Positions 1 to 9,533 of a stretch of DNA of 32,000 nucleotides are shown piece by piece. The notes beneath the pieces were generated by a model that saw only the letters and a program-made list of their open reading frames with translations, had not been told where the DNA came from and ran no database searches. Made by a program: the position numbers and the translations under genes. Source of the stretch: Promethearchaeia archaeon. GTDB taxonomy: Archaea > Asgardarchaeota > Lokiarchaeia > Sigyniarchaeales > SOKP01. How positions within the stretch are numbered: the first letter of the stretch is position 1; every line of letters starts with the position of its first letter. The stretch covers positions 22,124 to 54,123 of the forward strand of contig JAWOFX010000053.1 of NCBI GenBank assembly GCA_046497275.1, in the 5' to 3' direction.

Positions 1-285
1 ATCAACCAATAAAGAAATAATTACTATCTATAGGTTATGTAGAAAATTATAAAATTTAGAGTTTTAGATTTTTATTCTCTTGATATATTTTTATAGCATT
101 GTAAAAAATCTAAATTTTTCACACTTTTTGAGAGGATTAATTGAAATCTTTTCAACTGAAATAAGGAGATCTATAATAATTTTTCATTGTAATATGGGGA
201 TCATCATCATTTCTATTAATTAAAAAAAAATTTAAAATAGAATCGTTCAATATTCAAGTTAGAAAAATAGAGAGAATTTAAAAAA

Positions 286-1674
286 ATGGAATTTAATATA
301 CTAGAAAAGACACCATTATACGACACTTTTTCTCATTTGGGAAAACGGATTTTCTTGCCTGATGGAATATTCTATTGGTCGAAAAGAGCTAAAAAAGAGG
401 CTGAGCTCATTGGGACGATTGGTTCAGCATTTTCTTATGACTATGATATTGTGAATGGTGGTTCTGATGAATGGGTTCCTTGTTATTTGGAAGAAATCAA
501 AAAGTATACAAATTTAAACATAAAAGATATAGTGCCTTACGCATCTATAGGAGGCTTATCGGAATTAAGATCTATTTGGAAAGAGTGGATAATCTATAAA
601 TCAAATATAAATCCTAACACACAAGAAGATGAATTATCTCATCTTAGAAACTTTATTACAGAACCAATTGTTACAGCAGGGGTTACTAATGGAATATATA
701 TGGCGTCCTTATTATTTCTGAATCCAGAAGAATGTATAATCTGTCCAAATAAAAGATGGGGAAATTATGATAATATCATTGTGAAAAATCTTGGTGCTCG
801 AATTAAATCGTTTGATTTTTTTAAAGATCAAAAAATCAATTTAGAGGGTCTGAAAAACTCGATTATTCAAGTTTCAGAATCCCAAGATAAAGTCATCATA
901 TTGCTTAATTTTCCCAATAATCCCACCGGATATGTCCCTACTCTCAACGAGGCAAATCAACTGATAGAATTATTAAAAAATACACAATCAAAATTAAAGA
1001 TTCCATTTATAATATTTATTGATGATGCCTATGAACCTTATGTATATTCTGAGGGAAGAGAAATATTGGAAAGATCATTTTTTTATGAACTCCAACAACT
1101 CCCAGAGGATATTATACCTGTTAAATTAGATGGAATTACAAAAGAACTCTTGTTTTATGGAGGGAGAATTGGATTTATCACCATCGGTTTGAAAGCAAGT
1201 TGGGTAAGACATGATGAGGATTTGAATAAATTAAAGACCCAGATTAATAATAAGTTAGAAGGAGTCAACAGAAGCACAATATCGAATGCAAATCACTTTT
1301 ATCAGAAAGTTGCTATTAATATGTTCCAAGATTTTGGGATGGAAAAAATAGTTAGATCTCGAAATAAAGTAAAAGAGATTCTTAGAGAGCGATTTGAGAT
1401 AATAAATCAAGAACTAACTAAGATAAAGTCGCGTGATATTTCCATCGATCCGAACTCGGGAGGGTTCTTTTTATTTATGAATCTTAATAGCAAAAAGATA
1501 AAAGCTAAAGAGTTTGCTGATTATCTACTGAAAAAATATAAGGTGGGAGTAATTCCAATTGAAAATCCAAATGAAAATATTAATGGAATTCGGATAGCAT
1601 ATTGTTCTATTCACAAGGATCATATAGCAGAGTTTATCAACCGTATCAAAAAAGCGTTGAAGGATATGGATTAA
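286..1674 (+). CDS. PLP-dependent aminotransferase, class I/II fold
   Basis: Motifs LNFPNNPTGY, IDDAY and DGITKELLFYGGRIGF (Schiff-base Lys plus downstream Arg), and a C-terminal IRIAY Arg; 462 aa. Substrate not assignable. Confidence 0.9.
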   Translation: MEFNILEKTPLYDTFSHLGKRIFLPDGIFYWSKRAKKEAELIGTIGSAFSYDYDIVNGGSDEWVPCYLEEIKKYTNLNIKDIVPYASIGGLSELRSIWKEWIIYKSNINPNTQEDELSHLRNFITEPIVTAGVTNGIYMASLLFLNPEECIICPNKRWGNYDNIIVKNLGARIKSFDFFKDQKINLEGLKNSIIQVSESQDKVIILLNFPNNPTGYVPTLNEANQLIELLKNTQSKLKIPFIIFIDDAYEPYVYSEGREILERSFFYELQQLPEDIIPVKLDGITKELLFYGGRIGFITIGLKASWVRHDEDLNKLKTQINNKLEGVNRSTISNANHFYQKVAINMFQDFGMEKIVRSRNKVKEILRERFEIINQELTKIKSRDISIDPNSGGFFLFMNLNSKKIKAKEFADYLLKKYKVGVIPIENPNENINGIRIAYCSIHKDHIAEFINRIKKALKDMD

Positions 1675-1790
1675 TTCAAAATTTAATCTTTTTGTCGCAA
1701 ACATTCTTTTATTTTATTTATTATCATTTTTCTTATTCAAAATAAATAATATACTTCAATAAAATTCTCTTTTTTTTAACACGAAATTTT
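1675..1790 (+). terminator. Probable archaeal oligo-T terminator region after the aminotransferase
   Basis: Several T-tracts (tctttttg, cttttattttatttta, ctttttttt) right after the TAA. The background is AT-rich, so this is weak. Confidence 0.35.
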
Positions 1791-1868
1791 TGATAACTCA
1801 ATATTTTTATAACGGTTTATTTATATTTATAATAATTATATAAGTAAAATTTGTGTTGAGGAATTAAT

Positions 1869-2882
1869 ATGAAACTTTACCTAGTAGATAAAGGTGAACT
1901 GAAAGAAATCAATAAACCAGTGTTTTCAACTGGAGATGTGTATATCTTAGACAATAATCATACAATTTATGTTTGGATTGGAAGTAAATGTAGTGTTGAT
2001 GAAAAGACTTCTGGAGCAGCTCAAGCACGAACATTGGATCAAGAACGCGGGGGTGCTGCCAAAATAATTACTATAGATCAAGGACAAGAAACAGATGATT
2101 TCCTTAAATTAATAGCTGATATGGGAGCGATGAAGATCGTAAACAAAAACATCGCAAAAACTATGTTAAAGGATGTATACACTGGAGATTTTGCTGGATT
2201 TACTGAACATAAAAATGTTCTCTATCGTGTTAGCTCCGAAGAATTTGAAGATATTAACACGATGAAGATGGTACAAGTTCCTTACTCTGAGGACTCTCTG
2301 GATTCCGAAGATTGTTTTGTTATGGATTTAGGAACAAAAGTTTATGTATGGCAAGGAAATGCATGTAATGTTAAGGAAAAGGTGAAAGCGGGACAATGGG
2401 CAAGAAAGATAGATGTTGATAGAGCAGGATCTCAAAATGAAGAGATTTTTGAGGAAGGAGATGATATGCGATTCATTGAAGCTCTGAAAAAAGGAACAGA
2501 TTATAAAGAATCTGATGCGGTTCAGTTAGAAGCTGAATCAGTGATGGAAGAAGAACCTCCTGAACAAAAAATCGAGCGTGAACATAAATCAGAGATTCGA
2601 GATGCAGAACCAGAAGAAAGAGTGTCTATAAAGCCAGAAGCACCTAAGATTAAGGAATCTGCTGCTTCAAAAGCCAGTCCTGGAATACCTGGTCGACGGG
2701 ATGATTCCATCCTAACTATAGAAAAGACAGAGGGTAGGAGAGTATGTCCTAACTGTGGAGAAGAGAACCCGCATATGTTACATGAGAGCATCGATAAAAG
2801 CAATGTTATAATGGATTATCCACGCGTGTATGGAAAGAAGTATAAGTGTGGCTCTTGTGGAACCGAATGGCGTGAAAAGTAA
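1869..2882 (+). CDS. Asgard two-domain gelsolin-family protein with charged linker and C-terminal Zn ribbon
   Basis: Two gelsolin repeats: STGDVYILD...IYVWIGSKCSVDEK...DQGQETDDFL and LDSEDCFVMDLGTKVYVWQGNACNVKEK...EEGDDMRF. These are followed by a Glu/Pro/Lys-rich linker and CPNC...CGSC. SD-like GAGGA lies just upstream. Confidence 0.9.
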   Translation: MKLYLVDKGELKEINKPVFSTGDVYILDNNHTIYVWIGSKCSVDEKTSGAAQARTLDQERGGAAKIITIDQGQETDDFLKLIADMGAMKIVNKNIAKTMLKDVYTGDFAGFTEHKNVLYRVSSEEFEDINTMKMVQVPYSEDSLDSEDCFVMDLGTKVYVWQGNACNVKEKVKAGQWARKIDVDRAGSQNEEIFEEGDDMRFIEALKKGTDYKESDAVQLEAESVMEEEPPEQKIEREHKSEIRDAEPEERVSIKPEAPKIKESAASKASPGIPGRRDDSILTIEKTEGRRVCPNCGEENPHMLHESIDKSNVIMDYPRVYGKKYKCGSCGTEWREK

Positions 2883-3024
2883 ACCTAATTTATTTTTTTA
2901 ATTTTTTTGTTTTTCTAATTCTTATAAATTTTCAAATCTCGTCTTAGAAAGTTTATTCGTCTATATTTTTTATCCTTTATTTTTTTAAATTAGTTATTGA
3001 TATTTTTTAGTCTTTAATGGATTC
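2883..3024. terminator. T-rich interval between convergent genes, likely terminator(s)
   Basis: Long T-tracts on + (ttatttttttaattttttgtttttc) directly after the gelsolin stop; the next gene converges. Confidence 0.4.
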
Positions 3025-3519
3025 TTATAATTTAGATAGGAAATCTTCAATATCCTTAATAAATTTCAAAGTTCCTTGTTCAATCTCCTTCGTAAGGTTA
3101 TCTAAATCGCGAAAATTAGGGTTTTTAACTAAAATATACTCGACTATAGAATCAATTCCCTTTATATTCGAAGGAATGGTATATTTATTCAAATTACTTT
3201 CTTTAAATAAGTTCCAGTATTCTTCTTGAACAGTTTTATTAACGCCTACTAACCACACATCAAATCTGAACGCTTCGTAAAGGAAGACTATGGCAATTTT
3301 CAATTTTCGGGATTTTAATGTGGGTGTAAAGATGGCAAAATATGACATATCCATATAGCCTTGATATAAATTTCCGGATATGGTATATTCACGATAAGTG
3401 TTCATAAAATAGGTTCTTAAGGTCCTTAAGTATTCCATCAATCCTCTATATGCTTCAATGATGATGCCCTTGTCCAGCTGTTTTTTATATTCCATCATGT
3501 TTTCATGAAAAGAGTCCAT
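3025..3519 (-). CDS. Conserved hypothetical protein (resembles a family I recall from bacteria, DUF7000-like)
   Basis: 164-aa ORF with YQGYMDMSYF, LKIAIVF, FDVWLVGVNK and QEEYW blocks. The family name is from recall only. Confidence 0.55.
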   Translation of the reverse strand: MDSFHENMMEYKKQLDKGIIIEAYRGLMEYLRTLRTYFMNTYREYTISGNLYQGYMDMSYFAIFTPTLKSRKLKIAIVFLYEAFRFDVWLVGVNKTVQEEYWNLFKESNLNKYTIPSNIKGIDSIVEYILVKNPNFRDLDNLTKEIEQGTLKFIKDIEDFLSKL

Positions 3520-3628
3520 TTTTAATTCTCAACCAAAATCACTATTTATGTTGGATACCAAAAAGAAATAGAATTAAAATAATTATGTAATTTTTAAAGA
3601 TCCTAGTTAATTAAAAAAGAGATTGATA

Positions 3629-4792
3629 TTAAGATTTTAACGTTTCTCTTCGTAAGATTTTGATTCTTTTCTTTAAATCTATAATTTCTTTGTCCTTTTT
3701 TTCTACTTCAGATTCGAATTTTAGTTTTTCATCTTTTAATGTTTGAAGATCGGTAAGAATTTTATCTTCAATCTGTTCGGCTTCTGATATTTTATCCTGA
3801 AATTCTTTTTGTTTCTCTATTAACTCCTTAATGCGATTATCTTTTTCCTTTAACCTATATTGCATATTTGAATATTCTAATTCAAATTTTCCCGTTAATT
3901 CACCTGATTTATGCTGAGTCTGCTCGAGTTTATCTTCAAAGCGAGTTATTATTTCTTGATTTGTGATATCTTTCTGTTTTAACTTTTCGATTTCCAAGAC
4001 CAGTGATTCGATGCGTTCTTCTTTTTTTTCTAAATCTTTTTTTACTAGACTAAATGTTTCCATTTGCTGCTCTAATTCATTAATTTCTTTCTGAGCGTCT
4101 GAGAGAGAATTTTTCAATTCAAAAATGTCCTTTTCTTTTTGGGTAATTAGTTCATCTTTTTTTTCAACCAACACTTCTAATTTATCAAACTTCGATTTCG
4201 GTATAGTATCATTCTGTAAATATTGTAATTGTTCATTTAACTCTTTTATCTTCTCATCCTTTTCTTTTATTTTTTCTGAAAGATCACTTGTTTCAGCTGT
4301 TCCAGACCTTAATTCTTCAACAGTGTCTTCTAAACTATTGAGTTCATCTTGAATGTCGGTTATTTTATCTGTTTGATCCTGTATTATTCTTTCTTTTTCT
4401 TTTAGCCTTTCTTCTAAGGAGTCAATTATTTGATCTTTCTCTTCAATGGTGAGACTTAATTCTTCAAAATCCTCTACTTGAGATTCTTCCAATTCGGTGT
4501 GTTTCTCCAACTCTGCAATTTTTTCGACTAATTCTTGGTTATGAGTGGATAAGTTTTGAATCTTTGAGTGCAAATTTTCTTTTTCTTCTTTTAATTCAAT
4601 TACTCTTTGATTTAGTTCAGCATTTTGTTCTCGAAAAAGATTTATTTGTTCCATAAACTCTTCTTCATCTGATTCAATCTCTGGCTCTTCATCACTCTCT
4701 TCGACCCAACCAAGTGATGAAAGTGCATCCACAATCGGTTGATCCTCATCCTCCTCAGGGTCGTTCTTATCTTTATTATTTGGATTTTGCAT
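3629..4792 (-). CDS. Long coiled-coil protein with acidic N-terminal head
   Basis: About 330 aa of E/K/L/Q-rich heptad-like sequence with almost no Pro. No Walker A motif or hinge, so not an SMC ATPase. Acidic N-terminal ~45 aa. Confidence 0.8.
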   Translation of the reverse strand: MQNPNNKDKNDPEEDEDQPIVDALSSLGWVEESDEEPEIESDEEEFMEQINLFREQNAELNQRVIELKEEKENLHSKIQNLSTHNQELVEKIAELEKHTELEESQVEDFEELSLTIEEKDQIIDSLEERLKEKERIIQDQTDKITDIQDELNSLEDTVEELRSGTAETSDLSEKIKEKDEKIKELNEQLQYLQNDTIPKSKFDKLEVLVEKKDELITQKEKDIFELKNSLSDAQKEINELEQQMETFSLVKKDLEKKEERIESLVLEIEKLKQKDITNQEIITRFEDKLEQTQHKSGELTGKFELEYSNMQYRLKEKDNRIKELIEKQKEFQDKISEAEQIEDKILTDLQTLKDEKLKFESEVEKKDKEIIDLKKRIKILRRETLKS

Positions 4793-4874
4793 GGTTAAGG
4801 GAATTGTTATTTATAATATAACTAAAATATTTTCTTGTTTTTAAAGTAATATTAGGAACTTTCTCTAATAATCT

Positions 4875-5360
4875 TTACTCATTATAACTAGTAAAAACAT
4901 ATTTTCGATCAAGGAAAAATTTGGTGATATATCCAATAGAGAGAGCAACGATTAAACTTATTTCTAAGGGAGCAAAAAAGAAATTTGTCAATAGGAATTG
5001 GATTCCAATATTTTCAATGGTGGTAATAATCGCAAATCCAAAGTATTTCAAAAATTCCATTGAAGTTTCCTTGACTTTTACTTCTTTTTTTTGAAATACA
5101 AAAAATTTATCTAGAATATATTTAATAATATACGTGATTGCTACAGCAAAAATAGAACCTACTAATTCTCTCATGTTATAAGGTGAGAAAGCGCAATAAA
5201 AAGTATATATAAATCCTAAAGTACCAAAATTTGCGCAAATCCAAGGAGCTAAGACGATTTGGTTTAATTTTTGAATTAAATAATTTAAGAGAATCATTAA
5301 TAAAGCAAAAAATAGATACAGCGTTATTTGAGTTTTAATGTTATTATTGACTTCCTTCAT
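4875..5360 (-). CDS. GtrA-family membrane protein (putative lipid-linked glycan flippase)
   Basis: Four hydrophobic segments with the duplicated GtrA-type ends YILDKFFVF and FFLDRKYVF. Confidence 0.75.
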   Translation of the reverse strand: MKEVNNNIKTQITLYLFFALLMILLNYLIQKLNQIVLAPWICANFGTLGFIYTFYCAFSPYNMRELVGSIFAVAITYIIKYILDKFFVFQKKEVKVKETSMEFLKYFGFAIITTIENIGIQFLLTNFFFAPLEISLIVALSIGYITKFFLDRKYVFTSYNE

Positions 5361-5373
5361 TCAATACTCCTTC

Positions 5374-5700
5374 TTAAAATCGTTTTTGTAATTTTGCCCC
5401 ACAATTGGGACAATAATTTAAATTTGGATATTTTATTAATTCTCCACAATTAGGACAAGAATCATATAGTTTATTCTTTTCCGAAATATTTTCTCTCCTG
5501 AGATTTTTATCTTCGTTTCTAGAATCAAATAAAGATTGTTCTTGCTCATTTTCCTGAGAATTAGCATTATTGGATCGACATACTGAAGGTAGTACACAAA
5601 ATAGAGGAACCAGGAAAAGCTCCCCGAAGAAAAGGCTCAAAATAATACTAATTAAGGCGATAATTATCCCAATAATAATAGAAAGTATATTCCATTTCAT
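5374..5700 (-). CDS. Small membrane-anchored protein with C-terminal CPxCG...CPxCG zinc ribbon
   Basis: N-terminal hydrophobic hairpin, polar linker, then CPNCGELIKYPNLNYCPNCGAKL. Confidence 0.75.
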   Translation of the reverse strand: MKWNILSIIIGIIIALISIILSLFFGELFLVPLFCVLPSVCRSNNANSQENEQEQSLFDSRNEDKNLRRENISEKNKLYDSCPNCGELIKYPNLNYCPNCGAKLQKRF

Positions 5701-5764
5701 TATAATGATTAGTTAAGAGTTATTTAAAATAAAAAAATTTTGCTAGTCTTATTGGTTTAAGACT

Positions 5765-6400
5765 TTATAAATCCAATTTATCTTTCCAATTATCTTTCTT
5801 TTCTAATTTCTTAGTTTTAGTCCCTTCTTCGGGATAGTTTTTTGTTGAGCCTATATTTTCAGGTCTACTTGCTGTTGAATAATCCATAATCTCTGAACTT
5901 GTGTCTTGATTTGGCGATAACATCTGCATCATGCCTCCAGTTAAGCTGGATTTTTGCTTGCCGGTAGCTTTTCTATAAATATATTTAGATACAAAATATA
6001 TAACTGAAAAGCTTAATGAAAATAAGAGATAAACAGCTACCCATCCATCTCCGAATAGAGGTACTTTAAAAGGTAAAATTCCCGAATTATATGGAGCATA
6101 AATTAAACCTAATAAAGCAAATATACCAAGAAATATCACGCATCTAACACATAAAGGAACCATTTGCTTTTTCATCATATCCTTAGTTAATTCCATTGAT
6201 TCTGATTGGATCTGTTGCATCATTTGGGGATCTCCAATGAGTTGAGCGTTTTTCATTCTTTCTTGAATATTTCTCGCTTTTTCTTGTAGTTTACTCATCT
6301 CTTCTCTGTTTAATCCAAAGAAATGATTGAATAATAAGCCAATAAGAAACATTCCTAATGTTATAAAAAAGATTTGAAGTATAATTCCACCGACTGCCAT
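5765..6400 (-). CDS. EMC3/TMCO1 (DUF106, Oxa1-superfamily) membrane insertase homologue
   Basis: TM1, then a Met/Gln-rich cytosolic coiled-coil hairpin (EMSKLQEKARNIQERMK...MMQQIQSESMELTKDMMKKQMVP), TM2, LPFKVPLFG loop and TM3 GWVAVYLLFS, matching the DUF106 layout. Confidence 0.8.
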   Translation of the reverse strand: MAVGGIILQIFFITLGMFLIGLLFNHFFGLNREEMSKLQEKARNIQERMKNAQLIGDPQMMQQIQSESMELTKDMMKKQMVPLCVRCVIFLGIFALLGLIYAPYNSGILPFKVPLFGDGWVAVYLLFSLSFSVIYFVSKYIYRKATGKQKSSLTGGMMQMLSPNQDTSSEIMDYSTASRPENIGSTKNYPEEGTKTKKLEKKDNWKDKLDL

Positions 6401-6503
6401 ATAATATCACTATCTAATTAAATTCTGAATCAAAATTAAAATTTGCTATTATTTTAATTACATCTAACAATTTAAACTGAAAGGAATTTAAAATAATGAG
6501 AAT

Positions 6504-7583
6504 TTATCGTAAATTACCTCTAAAAATAGATTTAATATACTTCTCATAAATACTCGGCCATCTCGCAGTTAACGAGGCTACGATTGAACATCCTAATCGA
6601 CAATGATCACAGAAATCGTAAGAGTCGTGTTCGTTCATAATTTCAATCACTTTTTCTGACCTATAGATATCGGATAAAGGATATTTTAACGCATCAAAAC
6701 TAATAATCGGATGTATTTTGCATGGAAAATCGATAAAACCGTTATGCCGTATGAAAAGATAGGCTTCCGCCACATGGCATCGAATTTTGTCTTGATATTT
6801 TGGATTTTGCCCAAATCCGCCTAGCTCAATTGCCTCAATACTAAAAAGATCTGTGAGCACATTTTTATAATCCTTTCGTAGAGCTTTCACCAACTCTGCC
6901 CATAGATGAAGATCGGGGATTAAATCGTTCACCCCATTAGCCCGAAATTCCTTTCCATCATAATTTCTTATGATATCTTCACATGGATATAATTCAATTG
7001 AACAATCCAATTTTTCGGCTAATTCACAGATTTCGGGGAGATATTTTAGATTCGATTTCATAACATTAGTGCTAATTATCACATTGATATTATGCTTATG
7101 GGCCAATGCTATCGATTCTATAACTTTTTCAAATACGTTCAAACCTCTCATTCTATCATGATGTTTCGCATCAGGAAAATCTAAAGATAGTAAGATATAA
7201 TCTAATCCCGTTAGAGAATTATGTTTAAATAAAGTTGGAAGATGATATCCATTAGTTGCTAATCCCGTTGTTAAATTATTACGATATCCCGCATATCTTA
7301 TTAATTCTGGAAGATCCTCTCTAAGAGTAGGTTCCCCTCCCGTAAAGGAAAGTGCTACAACTCCTAAATCAACGATCTTATCTATTATAGATTTTACTTG
7401 ATTTGTATTCATTTCTGGATTTTTTAAAGACTTCGGGATTGAAGGGATGGCACAGAATTTACAATTTGCCATGCATTGTAAAGTTAATTCTATTTGAGCA
7501 GAGTAAGGCGTTTTAATATCAGAAAAGTAATTTACAATAAAGTTCTTCAAATAAGAAAGGCCTTTAAATTTCCAGAATTGCAT
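6504..7583 (-). CDS. Radical SAM protein with C-terminal SPASM/twitch-like Cys cluster
   Basis: CxxxCxxC (CMANCKFC), SFTGGEP and ATNG motifs; auxiliary Cys in RCH...FPC...CDHCRLGC. Confidence 0.9.
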   Translation of the reverse strand: MQFWKFKGLSYLKNFIVNYFSDIKTPYSAQIELTLQCMANCKFCAIPSIPKSLKNPEMNTNQVKSIIDKIVDLGVVALSFTGGEPTLREDLPELIRYAGYRNNLTTGLATNGYHLPTLFKHNSLTGLDYILLSLDFPDAKHHDRMRGLNVFEKVIESIALAHKHNINVIISTNVMKSNLKYLPEICELAEKLDCSIELYPCEDIIRNYDGKEFRANGVNDLIPDLHLWAELVKALRKDYKNVLTDLFSIEAIELGGFGQNPKYQDKIRCHVAEAYLFIRHNGFIDFPCKIHPIISFDALKYPLSDIYRSEKVIEIMNEHDSYDFCDHCRLGCSIVASLTARWPSIYEKYIKSIFRGNLR

Positions 7584-7721
7584 GATTTAGAGAATATTTA
7601 GATTAATAACTAAAATAACTTTAAATTTCAATTAAGATAGCTTTTTTGATTAATTTATACTATTGAGAGTATCGTTGGTTTTTAATAAAATTATTTTTTT
7701 ATGAAGTACTTTAGAGATTAA

Positions 7722-9533
7722 ATGATAAAACAAGCGAGAGAAGAGTTCTTTAAAAGAAGAGAACGGTTTTTATCTCATGAATATAAATCCAGTTTAAGAT
7801 TAGTATTGAGTTATTTGTGGGATTACAAATATCATTTCATTTTAGTTGTGTTCTTGGGAATAATCCAATCTATATTATTTTTATCCCTTCCCGTACTTGT
7901 TGGACCAGCATTAGATATATTGGTTGATCCATCTAGCTTGATTAGCAATGTTTTACCTTTGTTCCTCTTAATGATAAGTTTGCAAATTAGTGTGGGATTT
8001 GTTTTCGCCATTCGAATTTGGACGAATAGATGGGTTGGTACGAATATTATTTATAAATTAAGAAACGATTTATTTTCAACTATCCAATTAATGAGTTTTT
8101 CCTGGCTTGATGAGCATAAAACGGGAGATTTGCTTTCAAGAACTACGAGCGATGTAAATTTACTAAAGGAATTTTTGGGTAATAATTTGCAGCTATTCTT
8201 CAGACAAGCATTTACATTTATACTCAGTTTTTTAATTTTATTTCTAATAAATGTTGAATTGGCCTTATATATTATAGGCGTCTCTCCAGCGCTATTTTAT
8301 GTATTATTTAAATTTCGTAAGAAGATGAGACCAGTCTTTAAAAAATCAAGGGAGACTTATTCAGATTTGACTCATAAAATTCAAGAAAATGTTCAGGGTA
8401 TTAAGGTGGTGAAATCATTTTCGAGAGAAGACCATGAAATCAAAGAATTCACTAAAATTAATGATGATTACTATGAAGATTCTATGAATATAATTACCCT
8501 ACAAGCAACTTTCGATCCTATAATCTATTTAATTGATAATATTGCATTCTTGTTGGTCATTCTTGTTGGAGGAACTCTAGTTCTAAGAGGAAGAATGACA
8601 TTTGGAGAATTATTTTCGTTCATATTAGTTATGAATTTTTCTGTTGAACCACTTTATTTTGTAGCTAGGTTTTTAGCAAATATGCCCCAAATTAGCGAAA
8701 CAAGTGAGAGAGTTGCTCATATTTTGAAATCTGAAATCGATGTTAAAGAAAGTCTCGCAAAGAAGGAAATGCCTCCAATTAAAGGCAAGGTTGAGTTTAA
8801 TAATGTGTCATTTTCTTATGATTCAGATGGCAAGCAAAGAGTCTTAAAAGATGTTAATATTGCAGTTAATCCAGGTGAAACCATTGCAATTTTAGGCGCA
8901 ACTGGATCTGGAAAATCTACATTGATTAAATTAATCCCTCGTTTTTATGAGGTGACAGAGGGAGAAATTTTGATCGATGGAGTTAATATCAAAGATGTAT
9001 CTTTCAAATCATTACGAAAACAAATTGGCTATGTGTCTCAAGATCGTATCCTATTTTCTCGGAGTATTAAAGAGAATATTGCGTTTGGAAAAAGAGATAT
9101 TAATGAAAGAGCAATAAAAAATGCGGCTAAAATTGCTCATATTGATGAATTTATTGAAGATGAATTACCTAAAAAATATGAAACCAAAGTAGGAGAACGA
9201 GGAATGACATTAAGTGGAGGGCAAAAACAGCGTGTTGCTATTGCGAGAGCTCTTGCGGTTAAGCCACGCATACTTCTTTTGGACGATTGCTTCAGTTCAG
9301 TTGACGTTGACACGGAGTATGAGATTCAGAGATTATTAAAAGATGTAATTGAAGATACCACTACATTCTTAATTACACAACGCCTAAGCACAGTAAGACA
9401 TGCAGATAGAATTATGGTTATGGAAAATGGAAGAATTTCACAGTTAGGAAGTCATCAAGATTTAATGAACCAAGAAAATGGGATATACAAAAAGCTTTAT
9501 TTAACCTTAAAGGTGGAGGAAAGATCTCAATGA
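7722..9533 (+). CDS. Heterodimeric ABC exporter, subunit with degenerate catalytic residues (TM287/TmrB-like)
   Basis: TMD plus NBD. Walker A GATGSGKS and signature LSGGQKQ are present. Walker B LLLDD has Asp for the catalytic Glu, and ITQR has Gln for the switch His. Confidence 0.92.
   Translation: MIKQAREEFFKRRERFLSHEYKSSLRLVLSYLWDYKYHFILVVFLGIIQSILFLSLPVLVGPALDILVDPSSLISNVLPLFLLMISLQISVGFVFAIRIWTNRWVGTNIIYKLRNDLFSTIQLMSFSWLDEHKTGDLLSRTTSDVNLLKEFLGNNLQLFFRQAFTFILSFLILFLINVELALYIIGVSPALFYVLFKFRKKMRPVFKKSRETYSDLTHKIQENVQGIKVVKSFSREDHEIKEFTKINDDYYEDSMNIITLQATFDPIIYLIDNIAFLLVILVGGTLVLRGRMTFGELFSFILVMNFSVEPLYFVARFLANMPQISETSERVAHILKSEIDVKESLAKKEMPPIKGKVEFNNVSFSYDSDGKQRVLKDVNIAVNPGETIAILGATGSGKSTLIKLIPRFYEVTEGEILIDGVNIKDVSFKSLRKQIGYVSQDRILFSRSIKENIAFGKRDINERAIKNAAKIAHIDEFIEDELPKKYETKVGERGMTLSGGQKQRVAIARALAVKPRILLLDDCFSSVDVDTEYEIQRLLKDVIEDTTTFLITQRLSTVRHADRIMVMENGRISQLGSHQDLMNQENGIYKKLYLTLKVEERSQ

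Noticed and set aside
51-118. Inverted repeat AAAATTTAGA (51-60) / TCTAAATTTT (109-118), and TCTAAA-like words resembling the repeat at 14399-14429
   Set aside because: Almost entirely A/T. Such short words are expected by chance in this intergenic background, so a shared regulon cannot be supported without an enrichment test.
3629-4792. SMC/Rad50 or chromosome-segregation annotation for the coiled-coil protein
   Set aside because: No Walker A/B, signature motif, hinge or CxxC hook; any similarity would be compositional.
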